Shown here: one piece after another, positions 15,045 to 31,030 of the stretch
Layout of the letters: each line of letters opens with the position of its first letter
Numbering within the stretch: the stretch's first letter is position 1
Assembly (NCBI GenBank): GCA_964016885.1
Contig: OZ024744.1
Coordinates: 75,454,001 to 75,518,000, forward strand
DNA length: 64,000 nucleotides
From: Eledone cirrhosa
Taxonomy: Eukaryota
Direction of reading: 5' to 3'
Notes under the pieces: generated by a model
Seen by the model: the letters and a program-made list of their open reading frames with translations, nothing else
Databases searched by the model: none
What the model was told of the DNA's origin: nothing
Translations under genes and position numbers: made by a program

Positions 15045-15859
15045 TTCTAGACCAACGTTTTACCATTTTTTTTTTTTTTCATTTTTACTGTAACTCAAAA
15101 TTAAAAGTTGTATTTTATGTTATGACTCAATATGTCTAGATTGTCGTTCTCACTTGCTGATTTTTCGAGATTTTTTTATGACCAACTAATAATGGGTCTG
15201 TATCTGAAGCTAGGTAAACCTTGTTCCATACTCTTTACGACGACAAGTAGGCCTTACAAGCCTTACAATCTTCATATCTTCATATTGACTAATTCTTGCT
15301 GATGCAGAACATCACAGTCTTCCTCGGATACCAGAAATTATTTCAATATTAGATTTTTATAATCTCATATTGAAGCGACATTTTTTTGCGAACATTAGTG
15401 GTTCCTCTGCAGAAACAGTGCTAAAATGTTTTTAAAAGCAGTCTTAATGAACATGTTGTCGAAATTCCCGAAGCCTACCCCAGCCATTGCTCTTCTATGT
15501 TTTGTCTTCCTGCAGGGTAATAATTGATAAGTACAAACTAATATCCACAGGGGTGTGTTGGACTAAACACGTCGTAACAATGGAGTAGCTGTGTACGACA
15601 TGGAACACTCACATATTAGGTTGCTTCCCACTTCACCCCATGAGCCCTGGGACAGATAAAAAATAAGGTACAATGATAATAGCACTTGTTTATAGGATAC
15701 ATAATAGCACTTGTTTATAGGAAAGTGCTAAGTCTACATATGATAGAAATATATGTGTTAATACTATAGTAAGAAATAGATAGGAAAATAGAAGAAAGGG
15801 AATGAAGAGGAGAAAAAGGAAAAAAGAAAGAGAAGAAAGAAAAAAGAAGGAAGAAGAAG

Positions 15860-15977
<118 letters not shown>

Positions 15978-17029
15978 TTGATCAGGAACGCTGTCAAATT
16001 GAAAACAGCTGTAAATAACGGTTAAAAAATAAATTGATGAGGTGTATGTGTGAATATTAAAGAAGGTATTCAAATATTAGAGGTCTAAATATAGAAACTG
16101 GGTATATTATTTTATATTGGGTTTAAATACTAAAAATTGGTTTAAGAAGTGTAAAAATATATTAATAAAATAAATATAAAAAGATTTTTATAAAATAAAA
16201 TAAAAATACTAGTTACCACTTTACATTCGTATACAAGGTTTTTATCGAGACAGAAATTATTAATCCGGAAAAAACCCCATTTGATGGATGTGAATCCGAA
16301 ATATATAGGGACTATTAAATCTCTCCCAAGGTAACTCTCTCTTGTGTTGTTATTTTTATTTTATCCTTTATACTCTTCCCTTCATTCTACATATCTCACA
16401 CATCTTATACACACCACGCATCTCAACGTACTCCCACCTACATCTCTCTCCACCACCGGACCTTGTTACCCGGAGATTTACCCATTTGCATTGTCGAGGC
16501 TTCCAAACGACTTAAAGATATTTACATATATATATATGTTTTTATATATTTTATGTGCATTTGGTGTATACGTTCGTATGTGTGCGGTACAGGCGTAGCG
16601 TGGGTTCTGTATGTGCGTGTGGGTGTGTGTGTGTGTGTGTTTTGTGTACGTGCTTGTATTTGCATACCCATGGCGAGTATTTTCGCGTATGCTTGTGTAT
16701 GTACGTATATGGATGCGTGTATGATGTATATATTTAATTTCAATTACCTCTGTATTTTATTTACTTTATTCTTAACTCTGAAGCCGAGAATCATTCGGTT
16801 TCCTAAATAGAATTTTAGTCTACGACTTCAGTTATGTCATTTATGTGGTTTTGGCTTCGCGTGTAATTGTTCTCCCCGGTCCACATATGACGTATTATCT
16901 TCGTTTTTTTCGTTCATCGCCAGAGAACGTCTCTATGATCCACCTAATAGAATATTAGTCTACGACTTCATTTATACCATAATCGTGGTTTTGTCTTCGC
17001 GTGTAATTGTTTTCACCGCACCAAATAAT

Positions 17030-17207
17030 TGTTTCTACTTTTGGCACAAGGCTCGCAATTATCCGAGTGTATTACTGGTGCTTTATTTTATCGACCCCGT
17101 AAGGATGAAAGGCAAAGTTAACCTCGGCGGGATTTGAACTCAGACCATAAAGGGCCGTAACTCTTTGCTGCAAAGCATGGCGTCCGACCCTCTACCGATA
17201 CTGCCAA
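17030..17207 (-). mobile_element. SINE family 1 inserted in the PLE pLTR, 18-bp flanking direct repeat
   Basis: ttcaccgcaccaaataat at 17012-17029 and 17208-17225. Confidence 0.9.
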
Positions 17208-17344
17208 TTCACCGCACCAAATAATGACGTATTATCTTCGTTTTTTTTCTGTTCTTTGCCAGGGAACGTTTCCACGAACTAAAGTATCGTCTTCCTGTCT
17301 TCCTTCGGTTGCAACGTTTTTTGAAATATTTATTTGTGCGTTCA

Positions 17345-17418
17345 CAGATTGACTTTTTTTAGTTCAGAAGATCCCGTTAAGGGTGAAAGCAGCGATTCTT
17401 TGCTTAAACTTTAATCTG
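17345..17418 (+). ncRNA. Variant type I hammerhead ribozyme in PLE pLTR
   Basis: cagattga-bulge-agtt | CAGAAGA t ccc gttaa ggg t GAAA gca..tgc TT | aaact ttaatctg. Stems I, II and III all pair. Confidence 0.7.
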
Positions 17419-17570
17419 TTATTTTAATAAATATTTGCTCTATGGTTCTTATATATCTGATATATATTTATCCTCATCGAGCCCTCTTTATTATTTATTA
17501 TTATTACTATATATATATATAGTAATAATAATAAAATTGAAGACTAAAATCCAGGAACAATTCTTTCGCG

Positions 17571-19004
17571 GTGATTGATTGGTTCAACGGCATATGTAAC
17601 AAGGAACATTGCCGTTTCATCCAATTCGACATCAACAATTACTACTCCTCCATCACTTTACCACTTCTCCTTAGAGCTATCAATTTCGCTAAAACACTCA
17701 CAGTGGTTAAGGATTTTGAAGTTGATGTCATCCTTAATGCCCGAAAGTCGGTGATTAATTTCGACGACTCTATTTGGATTAAAAAATCCAATAGTACCCC
17801 ATTCGACGTGAGTATGGGCGCCAGTGACTCTGCGGAGGTTACTGATCTTATTGGCCTTTTCCTTCTTTTCTCTATCAAGAACGAATTCCCCAACGCGGGC
17901 GGTGGTTTGTACCGTGACGATGGTCTTTTGACCATGACTAAGTGCGGACCTCGTGCTTGCGACAGGTTCAGAAAAGAACTCACAGCCTTCTTTAAAGGCT
18001 TCAACCTCTCTATACAGGTTGAAGCCAATCTCTCGGTTGTTAATTACCTCGACGTTACCCTCAATTTATTGAATGGGTTGTATTACCCGTATAGAAAGCC
18101 GAATGATACGCTTAATTACATAAGTGAGCATTCCAACCATCCTGCCAGCATAACCAAGAACCTGGTAAAAAACGTTTCGTTGAGGCTTTCCCGTCTTTCC
18201 ACCAACGAGCGCATTTTCAACGACCATTCCACTTATTACAATGAAGCTCTTGCTCGAAGTGGATTTGTCGATAAGGTAGCATATACAGAGTATGGTAATA
18301 GACCTAGAAGAAATAGATCCCGTCGCATTTGTTGGTTTAACCCACCATATAATATGGAGGCGGCCACACCATTAGCTAAGATCTTTCTTTCCCTTATTAC
18401 GAAGCATTTTCCCCCTACACATAAATATAGTAATTTTTTTAATAGAAATACTATTAAAATTTCTTACTCTACGACTCCTAACCTTGCACATAACATCACA
18501 GCTTCAAATTTAGCTAAACTACCTAGCCGTAGGAACACGTGCAACCCTGTAGTTAGTACAAACTGTAATTGTAGGAATCGGGCTGATTGCCCCCTATCCG
18601 GGAAATGCCTCTCTAGTAACATTGTCTACAAATGTATGGTTGTAACACCCACGTCCCGTAGGGCCTACATAGGGTTAACCGCCAATAGTTTCAAGCAGCG
18701 TCTTTACATGCATACCCATTCTTTTCGTTACCCTCTAAGAAGGAATATGACGTCACTTTCAGCTTATATCTGGAGTCTAAAAGACAACCACACCCAATAT
18801 AAGTTACACTGGGAGATCCTAGCTAGGGCTAGATCGTATAACGGAAATAAAAGACCATGTGACCTCTGCGCCGCTGAGGCCCTGGAAATACTCTACGCCA
18901 CAGACCACATTTTAAACAAAAAATCTGAGGCAATTTCGGCTTGTAAACATAAATTGCAGAAAACTTTCCTGTATTACAGCCCCACGTTATACCCTAACGG
19001 ATAG
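17571..19004 (+). CDS. PLE polyprotein fragment: reverse transcriptase + GIY-YIG endonuclease (N-terminally truncated, no internal stops)
   Basis: RT motifs FIQFDINNYY, VSMGA, LYRDDGL, NYLDVTL, YRKPN and SNHP; WFNPPY; linker CNCRNRADC (CxCx5C); GIY-YIG IVYKC...YIGLT..FKQR; C-terminal CDLC..E..LNK..E..CKH. The GTG start is only the truncation point. Confidence 0.93.
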   Translation: MIDWFNGICNKEHCRFIQFDINNYYSSITLPLLLRAINFAKTLTVVKDFEVDVILNARKSVINFDDSIWIKKSNSTPFDVSMGASDSAEVTDLIGLFLLFSIKNEFPNAGGGLYRDDGLLTMTKCGPRACDRFRKELTAFFKGFNLSIQVEANLSVVNYLDVTLNLLNGLYYPYRKPNDTLNYISEHSNHPASITKNLVKNVSLRLSRLSTNERIFNDHSTYYNEALARSGFVDKVAYTEYGNRPRRNRSRRICWFNPPYNMEAATPLAKIFLSLITKHFPPTHKYSNFFNRNTIKISYSTTPNLAHNITASNLAKLPSRRNTCNPVVSTNCNCRNRADCPLSGKCLSSNIVYKCMVVTPTSRRAYIGLTANSFKQRLYMHTHSFRYPLRRNMTSLSAYIWSLKDNHTQYKLHWEILARARSYNGNKRPCDLCAAEALEILYATDHILNKKSEAISACKHKLQKTFLYYSPTLYPNG

Positions 19005-19915
19005 CACGATCTATACGTGGATATTTTACGTCTTGATGTGGGAGCTAAGTATATGTTTTGTTTATTCCTTTACTTATTTGCATAGGTAAGTATATATTAC
19101 CCATATGTTTTGTGAAGGTATGTATACTTTCTCGTACGTATATTTGACTGTTATGGCGTATCATTTTTACATATTCTGTTATTTAGGGTTTGGCTATGTG
19201 TATACGGGAGTTTTGCGTCCGAGTGAGTATGCAGGTTCGTACGTATGGTGGGTGTGTGTATATGTGTACTTCTTGTTTTAGTTGACTTACGTCTCCGTAC
19301 ATTCGTGTAATTATATGTAGGTATGTGTGTGCGCTTGTTATATACGTATTTATTTACTTATATACGTTTATATAATTATTTATTTATTTGTACACAAGCA
19401 TACACACACACATATTTATATGTGCGTGGTTTTGTATACCTATGGTAAGGTTTTGCGTATGCTTGTGTATGTACGTATCTGTTTGCGTGTATGTATTTAT
19501 TTGTTTCTATTTCTTCTGTATTGTATTTATTTACTTTGTTCTTAACTCTGTAGCGGAGATTCATTTGGTCTCCTAGTTAGAATCTTAGTCTACGACTTCT
19601 GCTATACCATTTACGTGGTTTTGTCTTTGCGTGCTTTTGTTCTCCACACTCCACATATGACTTATTATCTTCGTTTTTTCGTTCATTGCCAGAGAACGTC
19701 TCTATGCACCTCCTAACGGAACATTAGTCTACGACCTCTTTTATACCATATACGTGGTTTTGTCTTTGTGCGTAATTGTTTTTCACCGATCCTATTAATG
19801 ACGTATTATTCGTTTTTTCCCGTTCTTTGCCAGCGAACGTTACCACGAACCAAAGTATCGTCTTCCTGTCTTCCTCCGGTTGCAACGTTTTTTGAAATAT
19901 CCAGTTCTGCATTTA

Positions 19916-19989
19916 CAGATTGACTTTGTTAGTTTCAGAAGATCCCGTTAAGGTTGAAAGCAGCGATTCTTTGCTTAAACTTTAATCTG
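19916..19989 (+). ncRNA. Variant type I hammerhead ribozyme in PLE pLTR (one stem II substitution)
   Basis: Same fold as 45270-45343, but the stem II 3' strand reads ggt instead of ggg. Confidence 0.65.
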
Positions 19990-19997
19990 TTATTTTA

Positions 19998-20070
<73 letters not shown>

Positions 20071-20901
20071 TGCATGTGTGTGTGTTTCATATTAATTTCA
20101 TTATAGTATATTGTGTCGATACAAATTACAATGAAATCTGCGGTGGGTTTTGTTCCCTGGTTTGTAGAGGCAATTAAATGTGAGGTAAATCGATATAAGG
20201 TCCCACCACCTATTGTATCTGTATGTAATCACAATGGATTATGATTTATCTATTTACTACTCATTATGTCTGAAGATGTGAAAGCTAAATCATAAGATAT
20301 AAGCCCTCATATTAAATTTGACACCGTTATCAGTAGTTTAAAGTAACAGTTGTTTAATCACAACTAGTGAATGGAGAATTAATGGTAGTAGTATCTGTCT
20401 ATTACCACAACAGAATTTGAGGTTTTCTCTTGGAACTTTTAAAGAATCTTTCCTTCGACTACCTCAGTGACCTTGTTTAGAACATTTCTTATCCATCTTA
20501 GCCACATAGTTTATTTTAATATTATGTTTACATCTTATCATGTAGATTGTATACTGTCTGAAAATTGTCTGGACAACATTTTTTAGTATGTTTCAAGTAG
20601 ATGTTGATAATTTACCCATGAAACATTTTTTTTTGTTTTTTTTTGTTTTTCTCGTTTCTTTCTCATCTTCGTACTTTTGTACCCTAATTTTGGGGTTCTT
20701 TTGAAGAAAAACGCCCTTTTTTTTTCAACAGTTTGTATGAGCTATTTGCTCTGTAGTAAGGTAGGGACTGAACTCTGTCAGTTTAGTACATTTTCATTTC
20801 ATTTCAAGAGAGCACCTTATATATTTTACCGTAAATATATAAATGTAAAACAATATTTCACCAAATATTTATGTATATGTTTATGTATAGGTATATATGT
20901 A

Positions 20902-22284
20902 TGTTCTTCTGGTTTTATAATTTCACAAATTTTTGCCAATAGAGAGAGCACTTTTCTTTCATCTACCTTCTTCAGGTATCGACGTTTTTCGCTAACAGCT
21001 CTCAATTCTTGTTTGAGGGTGATCAGCTTATATTGAAGAGTTCTGGTTCTACTGTTACCAAACATCGTCTCTATTATATTTTTCACTCTTTGTTGGTGAG
21101 GAGTGAGGATTTTGTGTGATTCTTTGCATGTAAGGAGCATTGTCACATATCCTATGGTTTTTCGTAGGACAGAAATCTTTTTTTCTATTTTAGTTATATA
21201 TGATGGTATTTTTGGTGGTGTTTTGTTCTGCTATCACCAAGATAATACTTCATTGTCGTTGCTAAGGCATATAAACAGGCGTTGATTTGCCAGAATGTTG
21301 AGGTTTTAATCCGTCGTAAATATTCATCCCCGTCAATAACACGTAATATGTCATTATTTGTTTTTTTTTAAATTAAATATTGTTGTTTTATTTCGTTCAG
21401 CAAGAGAGATATATATACATTAATTTCTCTCTGGAAGATTTCGTTGAGGGAAATTTTCAATTGTTTATATTTTTGATTGCTAACATTATCAATAGTATTT
21501 TCCACAACAGTCTAGGTAGACTCGGATGGTACACGTGGTGTCAAATTTCTTCGATTATTATTATTATTTCTTTGATTATTATTATTATCGATAGTATTTT
21601 CCCCAGCATTCTAGGTAGGCTTAGATGGTACTGGTGGTGTTAAGTTTCTTACAGGCATAGTTGTTTCAAAGCAGTGTTCGACCTGGCTGCTAGGAAGTCT
21701 AGTAGCATGGCAACCTGTAGCACGTTTTGTTGATTCCATGTTTGTTGTGGGGGACTTACAATTAATAATATTTATCTCATTTTTACGTTCAACAAACGTC
21801 GCTTGTTGGCGTAATTGTTTCGCTGTGAAGTGATTTAGCTCTGGGTGTATTTCGTCCCAGTGTAGCTTCATTCTGTTCATATAGCCAATTGTTTATTGCC
21901 ATTTTATAACAATTAAATAAACCATCATTAAGTTCGCAACTCCAAGGGAAATGCGATTTATAATTTCGGTTTCTTCTGTAGATACAACTGAATAAATGTT
22001 TTTTACCTTTCTCGTTTTTCTTCGGTATTCCACTGATATTGTTGTTGTTGTTGATGTTGTGTTCAGCCATGCTGTTTGTAGCAAATCCTTGTAAAATGAA
22101 TTATGTATTTAGTCGGATATCTCTACAAATTCGAATAAGAGGTGTCGTCTGTAGATAGAGTTAGAAAAATATCAAGTTATTCAACATGACTGGTAGTTGT
22201 GGCATTACTGTCGGAGATAGTATTCATTTAAAATATAATGAATAATCTCCCACACCAAAATGTGCGACTGATCGCGTTGACTGA
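20902..22284 (-). mobile_element. Internally deleted R4/Dong family B element (5'UTR + N-terminal region fused to the last ~50 bp)
   Basis: N-terminal motif WSCELN..LFNCYKMA..YMNRMKLHWDEIHPELNHFTAKQLRQQA; 20900-20948 is identical to the family B 3' end at 22447-22497. Confidence 0.7.
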
Positions 22285-22449
22285 TGTATGTATGTATGTA
22301 TGTATGTATGTATGTATGTATGTATGTATGTATGTATGTATGTATGTATGTATGTATGTATGTATGTATGTATGTGTGTATGTGTGTATGTATGTATGTA
22401 TGTGTGTATGTATGTATGTATGTATGTATGTATGTATGTATGTATGTAT

Positions 22450-22997
22450 GTTCTTCTGGTTTTATAATTTCACAAATTTTTGCCAATAGAGAGAGAGTCG
22501 GTTTCTAACATAGACACAAGACTCTCTCATTGGAATTTACACAACAACTAGGTAGATATGTATGCATGTCTACATGCATGCATGTGTAGATATGGATGTT
22601 ATTGTATGTGTGGATGTGTATGTCTTGAGTTGTATGAGTGCATGTGTATATGTTTAGTATCTGTACATGTGTATATGCAGTTATTAGATGCAAAATGTTT
22701 GGAATGTTTTATATATTTTTACTGTTCTTTTAATGGATTGTACTTGTAATTTCCTAACTAGTTGTGTTCTTTCTGTTCCTGTGAAGCCCAGCTTCTCAAG
22801 ATTTGTATTGAGGCAGTTACTAACATATCCCAGTGCCCCAATAATCTAAGGCATAAATCTGAAGGTAGAGTCAGGGTGGAGTATCTGCAGATTTCTCATC
22901 AGTTCTGCATAAATATTCTCCTTTTCGCTAATCTTTGATATTATATTGGCATCTGCTGGGCAGCTAATTTCCACTACTGTGCCTGCCTTCTTAACTC
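22450..22997 (-). mobile_element. R4/Dong family B 3' fragment
   Basis: TVVEISCPADANIISKISEKENIYAELMRNLQ; reverse-complement match to 31875-32397. Confidence 0.85.
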
Positions 22998-23070
22998 TGT
23001 GTGTATGTATGTATCTGTATGCATGTATGTATGTATCTGTATGCATCTATGTATGTCTGTATGTATGTAT

Positions 23071-23505
23071 GTTATCTCTTTCTCTTAATTTCGTGTATAT
23101 TTTTTTTGACCGGCCACCTTCCTGGTGGCAAGGTTGTAAAAGAAAAGAAATTGTCATCCCTTGAATCGCAAGAATGTTTTGCAAATTTTGAAAGTGCCAG
23201 CTATCACAGCCATTTGTAGACTATGAATTAGGGAGCTGCGCTTTTTGTCCGCAAATCCAAGTTCAGTCATACTTTGGTCCAAGCGGGTTGGTATATAACC
23301 CGTAGCTCCAATAATGATGGGTATGAAGCTAAAGGTGTATCTTGGATACTGGATTTGTAAACTCCTCATTAATGGTCCGTAAATGTCCTCCTTCTCCTGT
23401 ATTTTTCTGATAACGTTTACATCAAGTGGGCAGCTGATCTCCACAACAGAACACGTTTTCAATGTGTGGTCCCAAACAACAATATCAAGCCGGTTGTGCT
23501 TTAAT
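23071..23505 (-). mobile_element. R4/Dong family A 3' fragment (RLE + 3'UTR)
   Basis: Near-identical to 36820-37252; flanked by (TATG)n. Confidence 0.88.
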
Positions 23506-23555
23506 GTATGCATGTATGCATGTATATATGTATGTATGTGTCTGTGTATGTATGT

Positions 23556-23704
23556 ATTATGTTTTCTCTTTCTTTTAATCTCGAGTACATTTTTCACCGG
23601 CCACCTTCCTGGTGGCACGGCAGTAAAAGAAAAGAAATTATCATCCCTTGAATCACCTGAATAGTTTGCAAATTTTGAAGATGCCAGCCATCGCGGCCAT
23701 TTGT
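23556..23704 (-). mobile_element. R4/Dong family A-related subfamily, short 3' end
   Basis: Diverged match to 23071-23220; flanked by (TATG)n. Confidence 0.75.
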
Positions 23705-24244
23705 AGGTACGTATGTACGTATGTATGTATGTATGTATGTATGTATGTATGTATGTATGTATGTATGTATGTATGTATGTATGTATGTATGTATGTATGT
23801 ATGTATGTCTATCTGTCAGTCTGCATGTCTGTATGTATGTATATATGTATATAAACATATATATAGTATAGAAGTAACTGAGACAACGTCAATGGGATTA
23901 AAAAATTTATGAATTGTGTATTTAGTCATGTAAAAATGCTAAAGATACATATTTCCCTGTAAATTGAAAAAAAGGATAAATATCTTGAATCGGTGTTCAC
24001 GCCTTATTTTGTTTGCGCATGAAGATATATATACACCAACTAAAGAACCGCGAGGGAAAAGGTAACTGCGGAGTTTATGTATCCTATTTCTTATTGGGAG
24101 TCATGATTCTACAAGGTCTAGCTTACTATCATGGATTCCAAATTTGTCTCACATCTGTTGTTTTTATAACTAATCCATCATATATAAGGATAAAGGGCCC
24201 AACTTATTAATACATTGAAATGAATGTCCCTCTATCTTAAATTA

Positions 24245-24630
24245 ATTATTTCTACTTTTTGGCACAAGGCCAGCAATTATCCAGTGTATTACTGGTACTT
24301 TATTTTATCGACCCTGTAAGGTTGAAAGTCAAAGTTAACCTCGGTGGGATTTGAACTCAGGCCGTAAAAGGCCGTAACTCTTTGGTGCAAAGCATGGTGT
24401 CCGACCATCTACCGATACTGCCAATCCACCGCCATGTCTTAAATTAATTATTTCTACTTTTGGCACAAGGCCAGCAATTAACCAGTACATTACTGGTACT
24501 TTATTTTATCGACCCCGTAAGGATAAAAGGCAAATTTAACCTCGGCGGGATTTGAACTCAGACCATAAATGGCCGTAACTCTTTGCTGGAAAGCATGGCG
24601 TCCGACCCTCTACCGATAGTATCAATCCAA
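24245..24630 (-). mobile_element. Two tandem SINE family 1 copies
   Basis: Match the consensus; tcttaaattaattatt is duplicated at ~24235 and ~24437. Confidence 0.88.
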
Positions 24631-24844
24631 ATTAATGCAATTTAAACTATATTACTAATGGGTGTATCCATTCATGTATATATATGGACAGATGAAGCAA
24701 TAACTGAAATGTTGATGTCACTGTCAGTTTTTCCTTTAATAAAAGTAACACTCTGTTCATACTAAGTTAATGTTTGAATGCTGGTATTTAAAATATCTAC
24801 TTACTGAATCTCATAGTTTTCTAAAATAAAAAAAAATATACAAT

Positions 24845-25189
24845 TCTTCTTCTTCTTCTTCTTCTTCTTCTTCTTCTTCTTCTTCTTCTTCTTCTTCTTC
24901 TTCTTCTTCTTCTTCTTCTTCTTCTTCTTCTTCTTCTTCTTCTTCTCCTTCTTCTTCTTCTTATTATTATTATTATTATTATTCTGTTTCTTCTTTTTCT
25001 TCTTCTTCTTCTTCTTCTTCTTCTTCTTCTTCTTCTTCTTCTTCTTCTTCTTCTTCTTCTTCTTCTTCCCCTGCTCCTCCTCCTTCTCCTCCTACTCCTC
25101 TTCTTCTTCTTCTTCTTCTTCTTCTTCTTCTTCTTCTTCTTCTTCTTCTTCTTCTTCTTCTTCTTCTTCTTCTTCTTCTTCTTCTTCTT

Positions 25190-25220
<31 letters not shown>

Positions 25221-25232
25221 TCCTCCTCCTCC
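24845..25232. repeat. (TTC)n microsatellite
   Basis: Direct reading. Confidence 0.97.
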
Positions 25233-25384
25233 TTGATCCCCTGCCTCATTAAAGGTGTTTAACATTAAGATAACCCATGCCCTTATATAGATATATGGAA
25301 GTAGGGTACAAACAATATCGAAACTGTTTTAGAGCTGCAAATCTGCTAGAATGATGGTGACCGTATACTCTTAACTATTATAAT

Positions 25385-25491
25385 TGTTTCTACTTTTGGC
25401 ACAAGGCCAGCAATTACCCAGTGTATTATTGGTACTTTATTTTATCGACTCCGTAAGGATGAGAGGCAAAGTTGACCTCGGCGGGATTTGA
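25385..25491 (-). mobile_element. 5'-truncated SINE family 1, 18-bp flanking direct repeat
   Basis: actcttaactattataat on both sides. Confidence 0.88.
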
Positions 25492-26207
25492 ACTCTTAAC
25501 TATTATAATATTTTTTGATAGTTTTAATTTGCCTTAAATGGAACAAATGAAGGATGAAAATTACAAAAATGAAAATGGAAGGAGTGGGGAGTATGAAAAT
25601 ACATTTATGAAAAACGAAATTGTCTAAACTATATATGTATGGCATGAGATGTAGATGTACTGATCAGGGTGCCAGTCATATGGAGCAAATTAAGGAACAC
25701 CATAGATCGAGAATTACGAAGGGCAATTCAATTGCTTTCTTGGCTATGACATTATACTACATCCAGTGGCAAGGCTCAAGTTCGGGAGTTCAGGAGCTGT
25801 TGGGAATGTGGAGTTACCCCTTAGTTGTTATCACTCCCAGGTCTGCTCTGGCTCGGAGTAGTAGTACCCCTTAGGGCCCCTTTTATGGGTTTAAATAATT
25901 AATTTATTCGAATGGCGCCGGTAAGGTATTATCAGCCACTGAAAAGAAATCTCAGGAATTTTACAGGCCCTAGATAGATGGATTGCTTTCTCCTAGCGGC
26001 ATTCTCTGGTCGACATATATTTATTAAGAATAAATCCAATGATGCGAGATCTTCTAACGATTTTTTTTTTACCTTTCAACGAAATCACAGGGTTGTAAGT
26101 AAGCACCTTCACATTTCTTTCCAAATTGAACTTGAAAATAAGAATGGCGTTCATTTGATGAAGAGTGGAGTGTCTATCTTCAGTAATTTTGATCTTGTCT
26201 ACTATAC

Positions 26208-26485
26208 AATCACTTATGCGGGGAAAGGGCAGCCAAAGATTAATGAATGATGATGCTGTTAATGTTGTTGTTGCTGCTGCTACTGCTCCTGCTACTGCTG
26301 CTACTGCTGCTGATGATGATGATGATGATGATGATGAAAAATCACTTATGCAATTACCAACAGACAATGGTAAACTTTCTGGGGCGGCGGGGAAAGGGCA
26401 GCCAAAGATTAATGAATGATGATGCTGTTAATGTTATTGTTGCTGCTGCTTCTGCTACTGCTGCTGCTACTGATGATGATGATCA
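26208..26485. repeat. Local tandem duplication, ~170-bp period
   Basis: gcggggaaagggcagccaaagattaatgaatgatgatgctgttaatgtt occurs at ~26218 and ~26387. Confidence 0.85.
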
Positions 26486-26754
26486 TGATGATGATCATCC
26501 TCATGTTGATCATGATGAGGAGGAGGATCAAAAGGATGATAGTAATATTGAAGATGATTATTGATTGTAAAGTTAATGTACTATTAATGGTGGTGTTGGC
26601 GGTGTTGGCGGCGGCATTGATGGTGGCGAATGGTGGTGGTAGTTGTGGTGGTGGTGGTGGTGTTGTTAGTAGTAGTAGTAGTAGTATAGTAAAGTAAAAA
26701 TAGTGGGAGCTAAGGGAGTCAGGTGTGTAGTGTGTTGTTATTGCACTTACACAC

Positions 26755-30440
<3,686 letters not shown>

Positions 30441-30829
30441 CTTTGTGTGTATACAACTAATCATACACTTGTGTTTGTATACACTTATACATATGTACAT
30501 GCATAAAATTGGGGGTTTTTGGCGTATATAACTTATTCTGAAATTCTAAAGGAAGGTAGGCTTGCCTTTATCATTCTACTGAGAATTTTAAAGCGATAGT
30601 ATATGTTCCAAGTTGATATTAAGTAACTCTTAACAGCTAAGAGCATTATGAGTCCCTGATCCAGTCAACAAAAATCTAAATAGCCAATTGAAGATTGAAA
30701 TGCAATAGGTAGTTTTACCACGAAGAAGCTCGGATATACATTCTCACTCATAATACTTCCCTTTAAGTCTAAATGATATCACAATTATAATACATTGGAC
30801 TTTATATTCAATAGATATCCATCCACGCC

Positions 30830-31030
30830 CAATAGGGTGTTTGTAATCGGTCAAAATTCTTTCAAAACCACATAACTGCATCGGAATAATTTCTACTAAA
30901 CAGTTTAAGAGTAACGTAATTGTATATCTGGTGGTTCTAATAGGTTTGAGGGAAAACATATTTAAAATCAGACTAAACCATCATATATGTTTTCAAAAAA
31001 TGCCTCAAAACACATTTGACAGCAACAACA
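30830..31030 (+). pseudogene. Old degraded PLE GIY-YIG remnant
   Basis: Plus strand reads NVIVYLVVLIGLRENIFKIRLNHHICFQ, matching the IVY..IG..FKxR..H pattern. Confidence 0.4.

Larger units (their letters stand above)
16540..17508 (+). mobile_element. Upstream direct pLTR/3' end of the same PLE family, interrupted by a SINE
   Basis: Colinear with 19440-20003 plus an extra ~80-bp tail, ending in (TA)n. Left boundary approximate. Confidence 0.8.
17520..20003 (+). mobile_element. Penelope-like retroelement, 5'-truncated: short inverted pLTR end, RT/GIY-YIG ORF, then 3' pLTR ending in (TA)n
   Basis: Contains ORF 17571-19004. The 3' region 19440-20003 is repeated at 16670-17430, 43605-44150 (inverted) and 44962-45357. 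17520-17553 (tagtaataataat..tgaagactaaaatcca) matches the inverted pLTR terminus at 43516-43550. Confidence 0.92.

Noticed and set aside
20265-20300. ctgaagatgtgaaagc hammerhead-like core
   Set aside because: No stem II and only weak flanking pairing; could be chance.
24821-25249. Poly-K/R protamine-like ORF
   Set aside because: (GAA)n microsatellite.
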